A program made the translations under genes and the position numbers. A DNA stretch of 32,000 bases from Staphylothermus hellenicus DSM 12710 (GTDB taxonomy: Archaea; Thermoproteota; Thermoprotei_A; Sulfolobales; Desulfurococcaceae). Numbering within the stretch: the stretch's first letter is position 1; each line of letters starts with the position of its first letter. This document shows, piece by piece, positions 18,403 through 26,284 of the stretch. The DNA lies in the NCBI RefSeq assembly GCF_000092465.1, contig NC_014205.1, forward strand, positions 1,500,001 to 1,532,000. The letters run 5' to 3'. A model generated the notes under the pieces. The model ran no database searches, was not told the DNA's origin, and saw only the letters and a list, made by a program, of their open reading frames with translations.

Positions 18403-18885
18403 TTATTTGTGTTTACCTTTAACATAGAGATAAACAGTATGGGTTAAACCAGTATTATCTCTAACATCTATGACCTTAGAGGGCTTCCACCCAGGTATTC
18501 TGAATTCATGGCTAACAATTCGTGCTCCGTCCATTAATTCTTTTTCTAGTTTAGGTCTTAAAGCCTCATTTACTATGGTTAGAAGAAACATTGTTACAAT
18601 AGTAGCTTTACTTATGTCAACATTGAAGATATCATCATTAATGAGAACTATCCTGTCTGATACCCCGTTTTTCTCAGCATTTTTTCTCGCTTCCCTTATT
18701 CTTTCAGGGTCCTTATCAATTCCCACGGCTTTTTTAACGTTGAATTCTTTTACAGCTATTATCAATATTCTTCCATCGCCACAACCAAGGTCATACACGA
18801 TATCGCTGGGCCCGGCACCTGCTATTTTTAACATCATTCTAGCAACATGCAATGGAGTAGGAACATATGGTACGTGATAAGGCAT
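18403..18885 (-). CDS. Class I SAM-dependent methyltransferase, crenarchaeal protein lysine methyltransferase (aKMT)-like
   Basis: 160 aa with PYVPTP, VYDLGCGDGRILI, VTMFLL, VSHEF.IPGWKP and HTVYLYVKG. Size and motifs match my recollection of Sulfolobus aKMT. Not verified by alignment. Confidence 0.65.
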   Translation of the reverse strand: MPYHVPYVPTPLHVARMMLKIAGAGPSDIVYDLGCGDGRILIIAVKEFNVKKAVGIDKDPERIREARKNAEKNGVSDRIVLINDDIFNVDISKATIVTMFLLTIVNEALRPKLEKELMDGARIVSHEFRIPGWKPSKVIDVRDNTGLTHTVYLYVKGKHK

Positions 18886-18969
18886 ACTGTGTTCACCAAT
18901 TAAATGGATGTGGTGGATAACTAAAAATCTATATTTCGTAGAGATTTTGTATAAGTGTTCTCTTCGATG

Positions 18970-19293
18970 CTAGCTTCTGCCTTCGTATTTCTTAATCTTT
19001 TCACTCATTATTTCAACTGCTTTCTCAGCGTCAGGCTGTAATGCTTCATTTAATGGTAGTTGAGACAATAGAACTTTTATTGTTCCATCATCGAATTCCG
19101 CTAGAATTTGTGGAACCCAAGCCATTCCATACTCATCAGTGTCTCCATGCTCTATCAAGAATACATAGTCTTCATGCTTTACTTCTAGTTCAGCATTATA
19201 TTTTGATGCTAGCTCTTCTGCTAGTTTACTCCATAAGTTATGGTAGGGATGATGTGTTGCGGTCACCAAAATTATTTTCTTTAGTTTGGGCAT
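18970..19293 (-). CDS. Hypothetical protein (small alpha/beta, thioredoxin-fold-like without CxxC)
   Basis: 107-aa ORF with coding-like composition and plausible spacing. No motif recognised. Confidence 0.4.
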   Translation of the reverse strand: MPKLKKIILVTATHHPYHNLWSKLAEELASKYNAELEVKHEDYVFLIEHGDTDEYGMAWVPQILAEFDDGTIKVLLSQLPLNEALQPDAEKAVEIMSEKIKKYEGRS

Positions 19294-19343
19294 ATATAAA
19301 CACCCTCTACTTATTCATGGATTATATGGTTTTGCTAGGTATT

Positions 19344-19838
19344 CTATTGTCTAGGGAGTAAATAAAATATATCATTGTTAGATTGCAGTAGTTCAGCTAT
19401 TATGAGAACTTGTGATGCTAGATAATTTATTTTCGACAACACTGTTTCTATAGCTGGATATTTTCTATGTATGTATTCGGCTATAGTATTTGGAATATCC
19501 GTGTGTAAACCTGATATATAGCATTCAGCATTACTGGTATTGCTTAGATCATATGCTCCGTTCTCTGTAAAATATATGATGGGTATACGGCAGTCTTTTA
19601 AGAACATATCTATAAGGGCATGGATTTGTCCGGGATAAGCTGATGTTGTGTTTTTACTTATTATTTTGAGAACATATTTGTTCTTTCTATAATATATTAT
19701 ACCTACTTGTTTGAAATGCGTAAGAAGTCTTGTATAAGATCTTATTCTCTCAATAATGTCGTATCTATTAAATAAGGGATTATGTTCTATAAATAGAAAT
19801 TTTTTATTATATTGGTTGAGGCTTAGGTTTTCTCTCAT
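19344..19838 (-). CDS. Hypothetical protein, immediately downstream of and overlapping eS26
   Basis: 164-aa ORF with no family recognised. Its only canonical start (ATG 19838) overlaps the eS26 3' end by 32 nt. Confidence 0.4.
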   Translation of the reverse strand: MRENLSLNQYNKKFLFIEHNPLFNRYDIIERIRSYTRLLTHFKQVGIIYYRKNKYVLKIISKNTTSAYPGQIHALIDMFLKDCRIPIIYFTENGAYDLSNTSNAECYISGLHTDIPNTIAEYIHRKYPAIETVLSKINYLASQVLIIAELLQSNNDIFYLLPRQ

Positions 19839-20094
19839 GTTCCGGCCGAACCTTTACTATGCCTAAATGTACTGCACATGATATACAATAACATTTCGTC
19901 ACTGGATACTTCATTATTATGGCGCCTTTCTTCTCGAGTTCTCGAGCAAGCTGTGGGCTGACTGGGCTATACCATTTAGTAATACATATTGCTTTATCTC
20001 TTGGAACAATTCTTCCACAATTATCGCATTGTACATAGCCTACTTTACCTTTTGCACCTTTATGTCTTCCTCTGCTTTCTCTTTTTTTAGGCAT
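19807..20094 (-). CDS. rps26e: 30S ribosomal protein eS26
   Basis: MPKKRESRGRHKG...YVQCDNCGRIVPRDKA...CYCISCAVHLGIVKVRP is the eS26 zinc-ribbon pattern. I prefer the ATG at 20094, with GGTG about 8 nt upstream, over the track start at 20112. Confidence 0.9.
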   Translation of the reverse strand: MPKKRESRGRHKGAKGKVGYVQCDNCGRIVPRDKAICITKWYSPVSPQLARELEKKGAIIMKYPVTKCYCISCAVHLGIVKVRPEHERKPKPQPI

Positions 20095-20169
20095 ATTAAT
20101 ACACCTTCTCAACGAAAATGTCTAGCTATATGTTTGAATTGGATAAAGCATTATAAAATATTATGTTGA

Positions 20170-22737
20170 TCAAGAAATCCATAATTCTCCTAGAGTTGTT
20201 CCTCCGACAATATCGCTCCATTCTACACCTAGTGCTTCTAATAGTTGGCTCAGTGCACTATTAATTATCTCGATGTATTTATCAGGATCTATTTCGTAGA
20301 GCTTAGCTAGTTGCATTGCCTTATATCCTTCTCTACCTCTTATCTTTACAAATGTTATAATATCTCCTTCCTCTACAGGGTAGCCATAGGTTTTCAGCTG
20401 TAATGCTGCTTTTACATGTGGTGGTTTGTTCTTTGTGTATTCATTAAGACTCTTTGTTAATCCTACTTTAAAGGCTAGTTGATCTAATGTTATTTCTTTC
20501 TTTTTCAGTTCTCTATAGAGTCTCTTAACTTCATTCTCCAGCCATTCCTGGAACTCTTTGAAATCCTCTGGTGTACTCATTGCTTTTAGTTTTTCAATTA
20601 ACTCTACAAATAATTGTTTTAAAAACTCAGGCGTATTTCTTTTCTTAGCCATAAGCCCTTTAATCTCAATTCCTCCATTAACATATCTTCCAATATAGTT
20701 TTTCTTTAATCCCGTGAATAAAACGTATACAAATTCTTTATCAACTTCGATCTCTAATCCAAGATTCCTAGAGACCCATTCTTGTAGTTTTGTTAATTGC
20801 TCATCTGTTGGAGCCCATAGAAATATTGAGTCAGTGTCTCCATAAACTACTTTCACCCCTATCTCGGCTGATTTTTTAAGAATCGAGTAAAGTGATTTTC
20901 TGCCGAGAGCTGTTACACTTTCAGCCACTGCTGGCGAATATAATGGGAAGTTCACTGCTCCGAACACTCCGTAGCTTGCATTAATAAATACTTTCATAGC
21001 TCTCTGAACAACATCGTACCATGTACGCATCTCTATAGGTATTTCCTTAGACTTAGCTTTCCTCTTATATATTCCTACACGGAAATCTCTTAGCAAACCT
21101 GTTATTTGTGCTGACAATCCTGGTTTATCTATGCATACGTGGTGTATTTTCTTTCCTGTTTCATCTAATATGTCTATTTTACTTTTACAATTTGGCTTAT
21201 CCACTGTTTCATAGCTTAAATTGTATTTTTTAATAATACTTGGATATAGGGAGGCAACATCTAGAACTGTTACTTTGAAAAATACTCCTTTAGGAGGCTC
21301 AATAACTAATGCTCCAGCATATTTTTTGCCTTCAATGGTTGCTTGTGTAGTACTTGGTTTACCATGTTTTCTAATATCTCTTGGTTCTGGGATCAAGTAA
21401 TTTAGTTTTCTATGTATCCAGTAAAATAGGTTTTGTATCCATTTGGATATGCTTTTCCTACATATATCTTCTATGCTTACTTTAGCTATACGTGCAAGTA
21501 GGATCATTAATCTCCATACAAGCTCATTATTGAATGTTGTAAGCATTAATGTTATTTCTGCATCTCTATAGTTGTATGCTACTAGGTTTGCTAAACTTAA
21601 TTCACCAATATTTCCTTCTACGCCTATCTTAGATATTCCTAGTAATGAGGTAGCTATTGCATCTAAGTTTTCCTCTTGGTATTTTCCGCCGAACGCATAG
21701 CTTTTTATTGCTCTATTCTTGAAGAATTTGTATAAGTCTATATGTATGCTTGTTTCAAGTCTAACTATGTTTTCTCCGAAACGAATTGGTAAGTATTCTT
21801 TGGGTATACCTATTCTTAGTGCTCTATGGAAAATATATGGTAAGTCGAAGTTGTCACCGTTAAAGGTTATTACTACAGGGTATTTTGCCAATACCCTTAT
21901 AGCTTCAAGGATAAGTGCTTCCTCACTATCAAATATTTCTATTTCTGCATTATAGGGATACTCTTCGGATATTTCTCCCCACTTGGTTTCCCTCGCTAAT
22001 ACTAGTACTCGTTTATAATTATCTGTTCCCACAAGTGCAATGCTTATTATGGGGTATTCTGCAAGACTGGGATTAGGTACTCTGCCTTTAAAGGGCGTAT
22101 ATACTTCTATGTCTATAGCTATTCTCTTGGCTTTTGGAGGTTTTTCCTCGAATAAAGGTATCCATTCCTCGGCGAGCTTTTTTGTATCAGCTTGTTCAGC
22201 TCTAAATATTTTTCTAACCTTATTTATTACATCACTACTTATTTTTGGTTTGATTAATTTATAGTTGAACCTAGTGCCGTGTCTTACTAGTTTATATCTC
22301 ATGCCAGGTATGAGGGAGTTATCGTAGATATAGTTATCATGATATTTTATCTTTGCTTCCCACGCTTTTGGTACAAGTTTTCTTAATTCTGCAACTGCTA
22401 AGGGATCTTTTGTAACTATTTTTGTTAAATGCAATTCTTTGAATGTAAAAGGATCTATTTTTGTAACAACTTCTATCCCATTAAAACCATGATGTTCAAC
22501 TATCTTTTTATTCTCCTTGATTTTCTCAGGCGGCTCGTTTGTTAGGAAATACGGCTTATGGCCTATGGGATCTGTTAGAAACAATATTTTTTCTCCTTTC
22601 TCATCCAAGAACTCTATAACTGCTTTTCCCAATGCCCCATCATAGTAAACTCCTAATAGATATGATGGTTTGCCTATGAAGTCTACTTTGTTCACATCGT
22701 ATAGCCTATAAACATTGCCGATAATACTATACTTCAA
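20170..22737 (-). CDS. Family B DNA polymerase PolB1 (Dpo1-type replicative polymerase)
   Basis: 855 aa, collinear with recalled Sulfolobus PolB1: GHKPYFL, DPLAVAELRK, AIDIEVYTP, TFNGDNFDLPYI, YNYRDAEITL, VLDVASLYPSII, ITGLLRDFR, KVFINASYGVFG, YGDTDSIFL, KKRNTPEF, PPHVKAALQL. No intein. Confidence 0.92.
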   Translation of the reverse strand: MKYSIIGNVYRLYDVNKVDFIGKPSYLLGVYYDGALGKAVIEFLDEKGEKILFLTDPIGHKPYFLTNEPPEKIKENKKIVEHHGFNGIEVVTKIDPFTFKELHLTKIVTKDPLAVAELRKLVPKAWEAKIKYHDNYIYDNSLIPGMRYKLVRHGTRFNYKLIKPKISSDVINKVRKIFRAEQADTKKLAEEWIPLFEEKPPKAKRIAIDIEVYTPFKGRVPNPSLAEYPIISIALVGTDNYKRVLVLARETKWGEISEEYPYNAEIEIFDSEEALILEAIRVLAKYPVVITFNGDNFDLPYIFHRALRIGIPKEYLPIRFGENIVRLETSIHIDLYKFFKNRAIKSYAFGGKYQEENLDAIATSLLGISKIGVEGNIGELSLANLVAYNYRDAEITLMLTTFNNELVWRLMILLARIAKVSIEDICRKSISKWIQNLFYWIHRKLNYLIPEPRDIRKHGKPSTTQATIEGKKYAGALVIEPPKGVFFKVTVLDVASLYPSIIKKYNLSYETVDKPNCKSKIDILDETGKKIHHVCIDKPGLSAQITGLLRDFRVGIYKRKAKSKEIPIEMRTWYDVVQRAMKVFINASYGVFGAVNFPLYSPAVAESVTALGRKSLYSILKKSAEIGVKVVYGDTDSIFLWAPTDEQLTKLQEWVSRNLGLEIEVDKEFVYVLFTGLKKNYIGRYVNGGIEIKGLMAKKRNTPEFLKQLFVELIEKLKAMSTPEDFKEFQEWLENEVKRLYRELKKKEITLDQLAFKVGLTKSLNEYTKNKPPHVKAALQLKTYGYPVEEGDIITFVKIRGREGYKAMQLAKLYEIDPDKYIEIINSALSQLLEALGVEWSDIVGGTTLGELWIS

Positions 22738-22762
22738 TTTTTATATCCTCCTATTTCCAAGT

Positions 22763-23122
22763 TTACTTTTCTCCCTGAAGAAGCAGTATTGCTTCTGCTA
22801 TATCGCCTCCAGTTTTAATTAATGCTTTCCTAGCCTCTTCCTTGCTCACCCCTGTTTGTGAAACGATAAATTCTATGTCTTCTTCTGAAACCTCTATCTT
22901 TTCCTCTCTGCTCTCCTCTAAAGCTTCCTCTCTAGGCTCACCAATTATTTGATATATTGTTTGCTCACCTGTTTTCATAACAACTATTTGCGGCGAACTT
23001 ATCACGATCTTTTTGTCTTTAAGCAAAATATTTACTTCTCTTACATCAGGTAACTCTTCTACTTTAATGCCCATTCTCTTCAACATTCTCTTTAAATCTC
23101 TAGGACTAATCCCTGGAAACAT
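22763..23122 (-). CDS. nac: Nascent polypeptide-associated complex protein (archaeal NAC alpha, NAC + UBA domains)
   Basis: N-terminal RDLKRMLKRMGI and a NAC beta-barrel (VREVNILLKDKKIVISSPQIVVMK). C-terminal UBA (EEDIEFIVSQTGVSKEEARKALIKTGGDIAEAILLL). Confidence 0.85.
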   Translation of the reverse strand: MFPGISPRDLKRMLKRMGIKVEELPDVREVNILLKDKKIVISSPQIVVMKTGEQTIYQIIGEPREEALEESREEKIEVSEEDIEFIVSQTGVSKEEARKALIKTGGDIAEAILLLQGEK

Positions 23123-23273
23123 GTGTTTCCGCCTCGTTTCTAGAAGTACTTATTCCCCATATCTATTTGATAAGGACATGCAGGATATATAACTTGGTAT
23201 ACTAATATTTTATGCTTTGACTACGATGTGATATTTAATTGTTTCAGTGATTATGAATACTTAGGTGAATTAA

Positions 23274-24557
23274 ATGGTTCATATAGAAATTCTGGGCGGC
23301 GGCAACGAGGTTGGTAGAGCTGCATATCTTATTGTAGATGATAACAAGAAGTTCTTATTAGATTATGGCGTTAACTTCGATGAGGAGGATCATCCACAGT
23401 TTCCATTACATGTTAGACCGATCGAGCTTAGCGGATTAGCTATTACACACGCTCATCTAGACCATATAGGGGCTGCACCACTACTATATATAACGGGGAA
23501 GCCCCGGGTATTCGTTACGAAGCCCACACTGGATATAGGGAAGCTTTTAATTAGTGATTTCTTAAAGCTGAATGCTTACTATATAGATTATAGTATTGAA
23601 GAATTCGAGGCGATGGCTAGTAATGCGTATTTGCTAGAATATGGTGTTGAGGTTGAGAATGATGGTTTTAAAATAATAGCTACTAATGCAGGACATATTC
23701 TCGGGAGTGCTATGATATATCTGGAAACTCCTAGTGGTCATAGGATACTATATACAGGAGATGTAAACACTATTCAGACATGGACATTGTCTAGAGCCGA
23801 ACTATGGCCTTTGAAAATTGATACTTTAATAATAGAGTCAACCTATGGATCAACAAAGCATCCCCCCAGACACTATTCTGAGAAAAGACTAGTGGATGCT
23901 ATTGAGGAAGTAACAAATGCGGGCGGAACAGTATTAATACCCGCTTTCAGTGTTGGGAGAAGCCAGGAAGTTATGTGCCTAGTTCAAGCAGAACTACCCC
24001 ATCTCGATGTATACTTGGATGGTATGTCTAGAGAAATAACCAACATTTATTTAAAACACAAGAGATTCCTAAGAGACCCCTCTTTGTTTGAAAAAGCCGT
24101 TCAAAATACATTCTTTATACGTGGATGGCATGATCGGAGAAAAGCTTGGAAGAAACCCGGCGTAATAATATCTAGTGCTGGAATGCTTAAGGGCGGCCCA
24201 AGTGTTTATTATTTAAAGAAAATAGCTAAGGAGCCTAAGAACGCAGTCTTTCTGGTAAGCTACCAAGCACCCAACACTCCTGGACATGTACTTCTCGAGA
24301 AAGGGATCTATGAGGAATTTGGTTTGGACGAGCCAATTAAGGCCAGGCTTGAATGGTTTGATTTATCAAGCCATGCAGGTAAGGATGGATTAATCAGTAT
24401 TATACAAAGATACAAGAATACATTGAAGAACCTTATTATTATCCATGGAGAACCTGATTCAGCCTCTAATTTAGCATCGATGGCAGTTGAGCTTCTAGGA
24501 AACGATGTGAACATAGTTGTACCGCTTAATGGTGATAAAATAGAGTTGGAAAGCTAA
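23274..24557 (+). CDS. Beta-CASP family metallo-beta-lactamase ribonuclease (aCPSF2-like, no KH domains)
   Basis: MBL motifs ITHAHLDHIGA and NAGHILGSA, YTGD, ESTYG, and the beta-CASP/C-terminal motifs SSHAG and IIHGE. 427 aa. Confidence 0.8.
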   Translation: MVHIEILGGGNEVGRAAYLIVDDNKKFLLDYGVNFDEEDHPQFPLHVRPIELSGLAITHAHLDHIGAAPLLYITGKPRVFVTKPTLDIGKLLISDFLKLNAYYIDYSIEEFEAMASNAYLLEYGVEVENDGFKIIATNAGHILGSAMIYLETPSGHRILYTGDVNTIQTWTLSRAELWPLKIDTLIIESTYGSTKHPPRHYSEKRLVDAIEEVTNAGGTVLIPAFSVGRSQEVMCLVQAELPHLDVYLDGMSREITNIYLKHKRFLRDPSLFEKAVQNTFFIRGWHDRRKAWKKPGVIISSAGMLKGGPSVYYLKKIAKEPKNAVFLVSYQAPNTPGHVLLEKGIYEEFGLDEPIKARLEWFDLSSHAGKDGLISIIQRYKNTLKNLIIIHGEPDSASNLASMAVELLGNDVNIVVPLNGDKIELES

Positions 24558-24565
24558 AATATAAC

Positions 24566-24775
24566 TTATGTTATTTCAACAATATTCTCACAGTTTAATT
24601 CTTTAAGAAAATCATCCAGCTCGTCTAAAGGAATCTTTATTGTTACCAGTTTACTTTTAGTTCTAGCTTTTACTTTAGCTATACCTCTTTTTTCATCTCG
24701 ATAAACACGGCACTCAATAGCTAAGCTTACATATTTCTTAAATTCCTCCTTATCGAATACCTCTACAGGAGCCAT
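24566..24775 (-). CDS. rpl38e: 50S ribosomal protein eL38
   Basis: 69 aa. The pattern EEFKKYV....ECRVYRDEKRGIAKVKARTKSKLVTIKIP.DELDDFLKEL parallels eukaryotic eL38 ([40 protein letters not shown]). Recognition by eye only. Confidence 0.6.
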   Translation of the reverse strand: MAPVEVFDKEEFKKYVSLAIECRVYRDEKRGIAKVKARTKSKLVTIKIPLDELDDFLKELNCENIVEIT

Positions 24776-25064
24776 AATATTACACCATCTACTCCGTTCT
24801 CATAGGATTAGCCATAATATTGGAGATAACATAGCTGGGATAATAAAATTATCCATAGATAATGAAGAGACAATTTTTGAATTAGCTCAACAATATCCCG
24901 GCTGCTCATATGAACTAATATCTGGTCACACATGTTATTGTGCTTCATATATGATTCAGCCTAAGCAGTTATATTTTAATTTAGAATTAGAGAATATTAG
25001 CCCTTATAGAAAAGCCGGAAGACAAATATGTTATGATTATTCTCTTTTGTTTATGTTGTATGGG

Positions 25065-25274
25065 TCATTGATTTCTCTTTAAGATCGCTGTTGCTATTAC
25101 TGTTATGGCGGCAACTATTGTTGTTATGGAGAGTATTGGTGAGTTGTCTTTAACACTATTATCGTCTCCTTGTTGCATTGTATTATTCGAATTTAATATA
25201 GTAGTTGTAACTTGGAAAAGCTGGCTTGTGCTTTGTGTGTTGGTGCAGTATTTTTCGTTTTCTAATAGGTGTTT
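25065..25274 (-). other. In-frame 69-codon continuation after the TGA: Thr/Ser/Asn/Gln-rich linker plus C-terminal TM anchor
   Basis: My hand translation of the minus strand directly after TGA gives KHLLENEKYCTNTQSTSQLFQVTTTILNSNNTMQQGDDNSVKDNSPILSITTIVAAITVIATAILKRNQ*, with no further stop until TGA at 25065-25067. Confidence 0.5.
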
Positions 25275-25754
25275 TCATGTGGTTTCTGTGCTGGTATCGG
25301 TATTAAAAATTATCATTGTTTTCTGTGTGCATGATTCTAAGCTGCCTCTATCTGTTACTACTAATATTTTCCATGAATATAGATCGTTTTTCGGGGGTAA
25401 AATTATTTTAGCCTCATACACTAGTACATCGTTTCCCCAAGTCTCTGCTAGCCGCATCTCATATGGTTTTCCACACAATATAAGAGTGACTTTTCCAACT
25501 CCTATATCCGCGGGTATTGCTACATGAAATACTAGGGGCTCGCCCGGTTCAAGATATACTGTTGAACGATCTTCTGGGGACAAGATCAGTATCTCAAACT
25601 CGTCTCCAGACTCTCTAAAACTCTTCTCATAACTTGGGATTGAATAATTCATAAATACTGGTACAATAGCATACGCTACAATAATAGTTAACACTAATAT
25701 ATACATTCCTCCTGATACCTTTGTGGCTAGATCAGAAAGTTTTAAGAATTTCAT
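25275..25754 (-). CDS. Membrane-anchored, secreted beta-rich protein (N-terminal part of a probable longer gene)
   Basis: 159 aa with an N-terminal TM/signal anchor (MYILVLTIIVAYAIVPVF) and a beta-strand-rich ectodomain. It ends in the Thr/Ser-rich TDTSTETT, then TGA at 25275-25277. Confidence 0.55.
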   Translation of the reverse strand: MKFLKLSDLATKVSGGMYILVLTIIVAYAIVPVFMNYSIPSYEKSFRESGDEFEILILSPEDRSTVYLEPGEPLVFHVAIPADIGVGKVTLILCGKPYEMRLAETWGNDVLVYEAKIILPPKNDLYSWKILVVTDRGSLESCTQKTMIIFNTDTSTETT

Positions 25755-25869
25755 TCTAGGAGAGAACCCATAATATAGTCTTAAAGTTTTCTTATCATCT
25801 AGTCAAAATGGCTTGCGTAGATTTTTTGTTAAATGGATTATAAAGCTTATCCTACAAAATAGGAGAGAG

Positions 25870-25973
25870 CGCCGGGGCGGGGATTTGAACCCCGGACCAC
25901 CGGGTGTCTGCCAGGCTATTCTCGAACCCGTGGGTTAACAGCCCGGCGCTCTACCAGGCTGAGCTACCCCGGC
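25870..25973 (-). tRNA. tRNA-Asn (anticodon GUU) with a roughly 30-nt intron at the canonical 37/38 position
   Basis: The reverse complement reads GCCGGGG-TA-GCTC-AGCCTGGTA-GAGC-G-CCGGG-CTGTTA[ACCCACGGGTTCGAGAATAGCCTGGCAGAC]A-CCCGG-TGGTC-CGGGG-TTCAAAT-CCCCG-CCCCGGC-G. It is 74 nt once the bracketed segment is removed. The exact intron boundary is ambiguous by the repeated ACCC. Confidence 0.85.
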
Positions 25974-25981
25974 ACCGTTCT

Positions 25982-26020
25982 GGCTAGCCGTAACTTTTAT
26001 TGCTTTTGCTACGGCTAGCC
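25982..26020. repeat. Perfect 11-bp GC-rich inverted repeat with a 17-nt AT-rich spacer
   Basis: GGCTAGCCGTA (25982-25992) and TACGGCTAGCC (26010-26020) are exact reverse complements. The spacer is ACTTTTATTGCTTTTGC. Confidence 0.8.
25994..26001 (-). promoter_or_regulatory. TATA box candidate for tRNA-Asn
   Basis: The minus strand reads AATAAAAG, centred about 25 nt upstream of the tRNA 5' end (25973). It lies in the loop of the 11-bp inverted repeat. Confidence 0.4.
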
Positions 26021-26195
26021 TTCCCCTCTCCATTCTCATCGGGTTTTTCTTCCTCAAACTTCATTAAGGGGCTTTCAGGGGGAACGGATACTCCCCTCAT
26101 CCTGAGCACGCTTTCAGTCCGCGCCCTTTCGGTGCTAATTCTCCCACCACATATCAGGCGCAGGCTCCAAGACCATATCATCAAACACGATATCT
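26021..26195 (-). ncRNA. Unclassified GC-rich block, candidate structured ncRNA (strand tentative)
   Basis: G+C is clearly elevated compared with the flanks. On the minus strand an ATTTATAT TATA-like box (26215-26208) lies about 26 nt upstream of a UGAUGA motif (26183-26178). There are three CTGA motifs. A hairpin GGGGA/TCCCC is flanked by GATGA and CTGA (26100-26072). There is a GAAA-closed hairpin. The plus strand contains a T5 run (26044-26048) that would terminate archaeal transcription; the minus strand has none. Confidence 0.35.
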
Positions 26196-26284
26196 AAACA
26201 AACCCACATATAAATGTTATGGAGAAACAAAAACACATAAACGTTAAAAAAAGTAACGCTGTATGTTTTAGCCCTATCATAGGA

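Noticed and set aside
5004-22737. Inteins in the two family-B polymerase genes
   Set aside because: Both ORFs have normal intein-free lengths (801 and 855 aa). The polymerase motifs are contiguous, with no insertion next to YGDTDS or the other usual intein sites.
25275-25277. Selenocysteine as the meaning of the in-frame TGA
   Set aside because: To my knowledge Crenarchaeota lack the Sec machinery. The context is a Thr/Ser-rich linker, not a redox motif, and I see no obvious SECIS-like stem-loop downstream. Sec is therefore much less likely than mutation or read-through.
25105-25527. 140-aa plus-strand ORF antisense to the membrane-anchored protein gene
   Set aside because: It is an antisense shadow of the better-supported minus-strand gene and its in-frame extension, with a Cys/Val/Phe-rich nonsense-like sequence.
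25982-26195. RNase P RNA as the identity of the GC-rich block
   Set aside because: The universal CR-I (GAGGAAAGUCC) and CR-V (..GGCUUA) motifs are absent on both strands. The block is shorter than type-A archaeal RNase P RNA.
25984-26197. Two about 65-aa ORFs on opposite strands inside the GC-rich block upstream of tRNA-Asn
   Set aside because: Mutually antisense, low-complexity products. They use CGC/CGG/GCG/CTG codons that look atypical for this AT-rich genome. One ORF ends inside the 11-bp palindrome. An RNA or regulatory explanation fits better.
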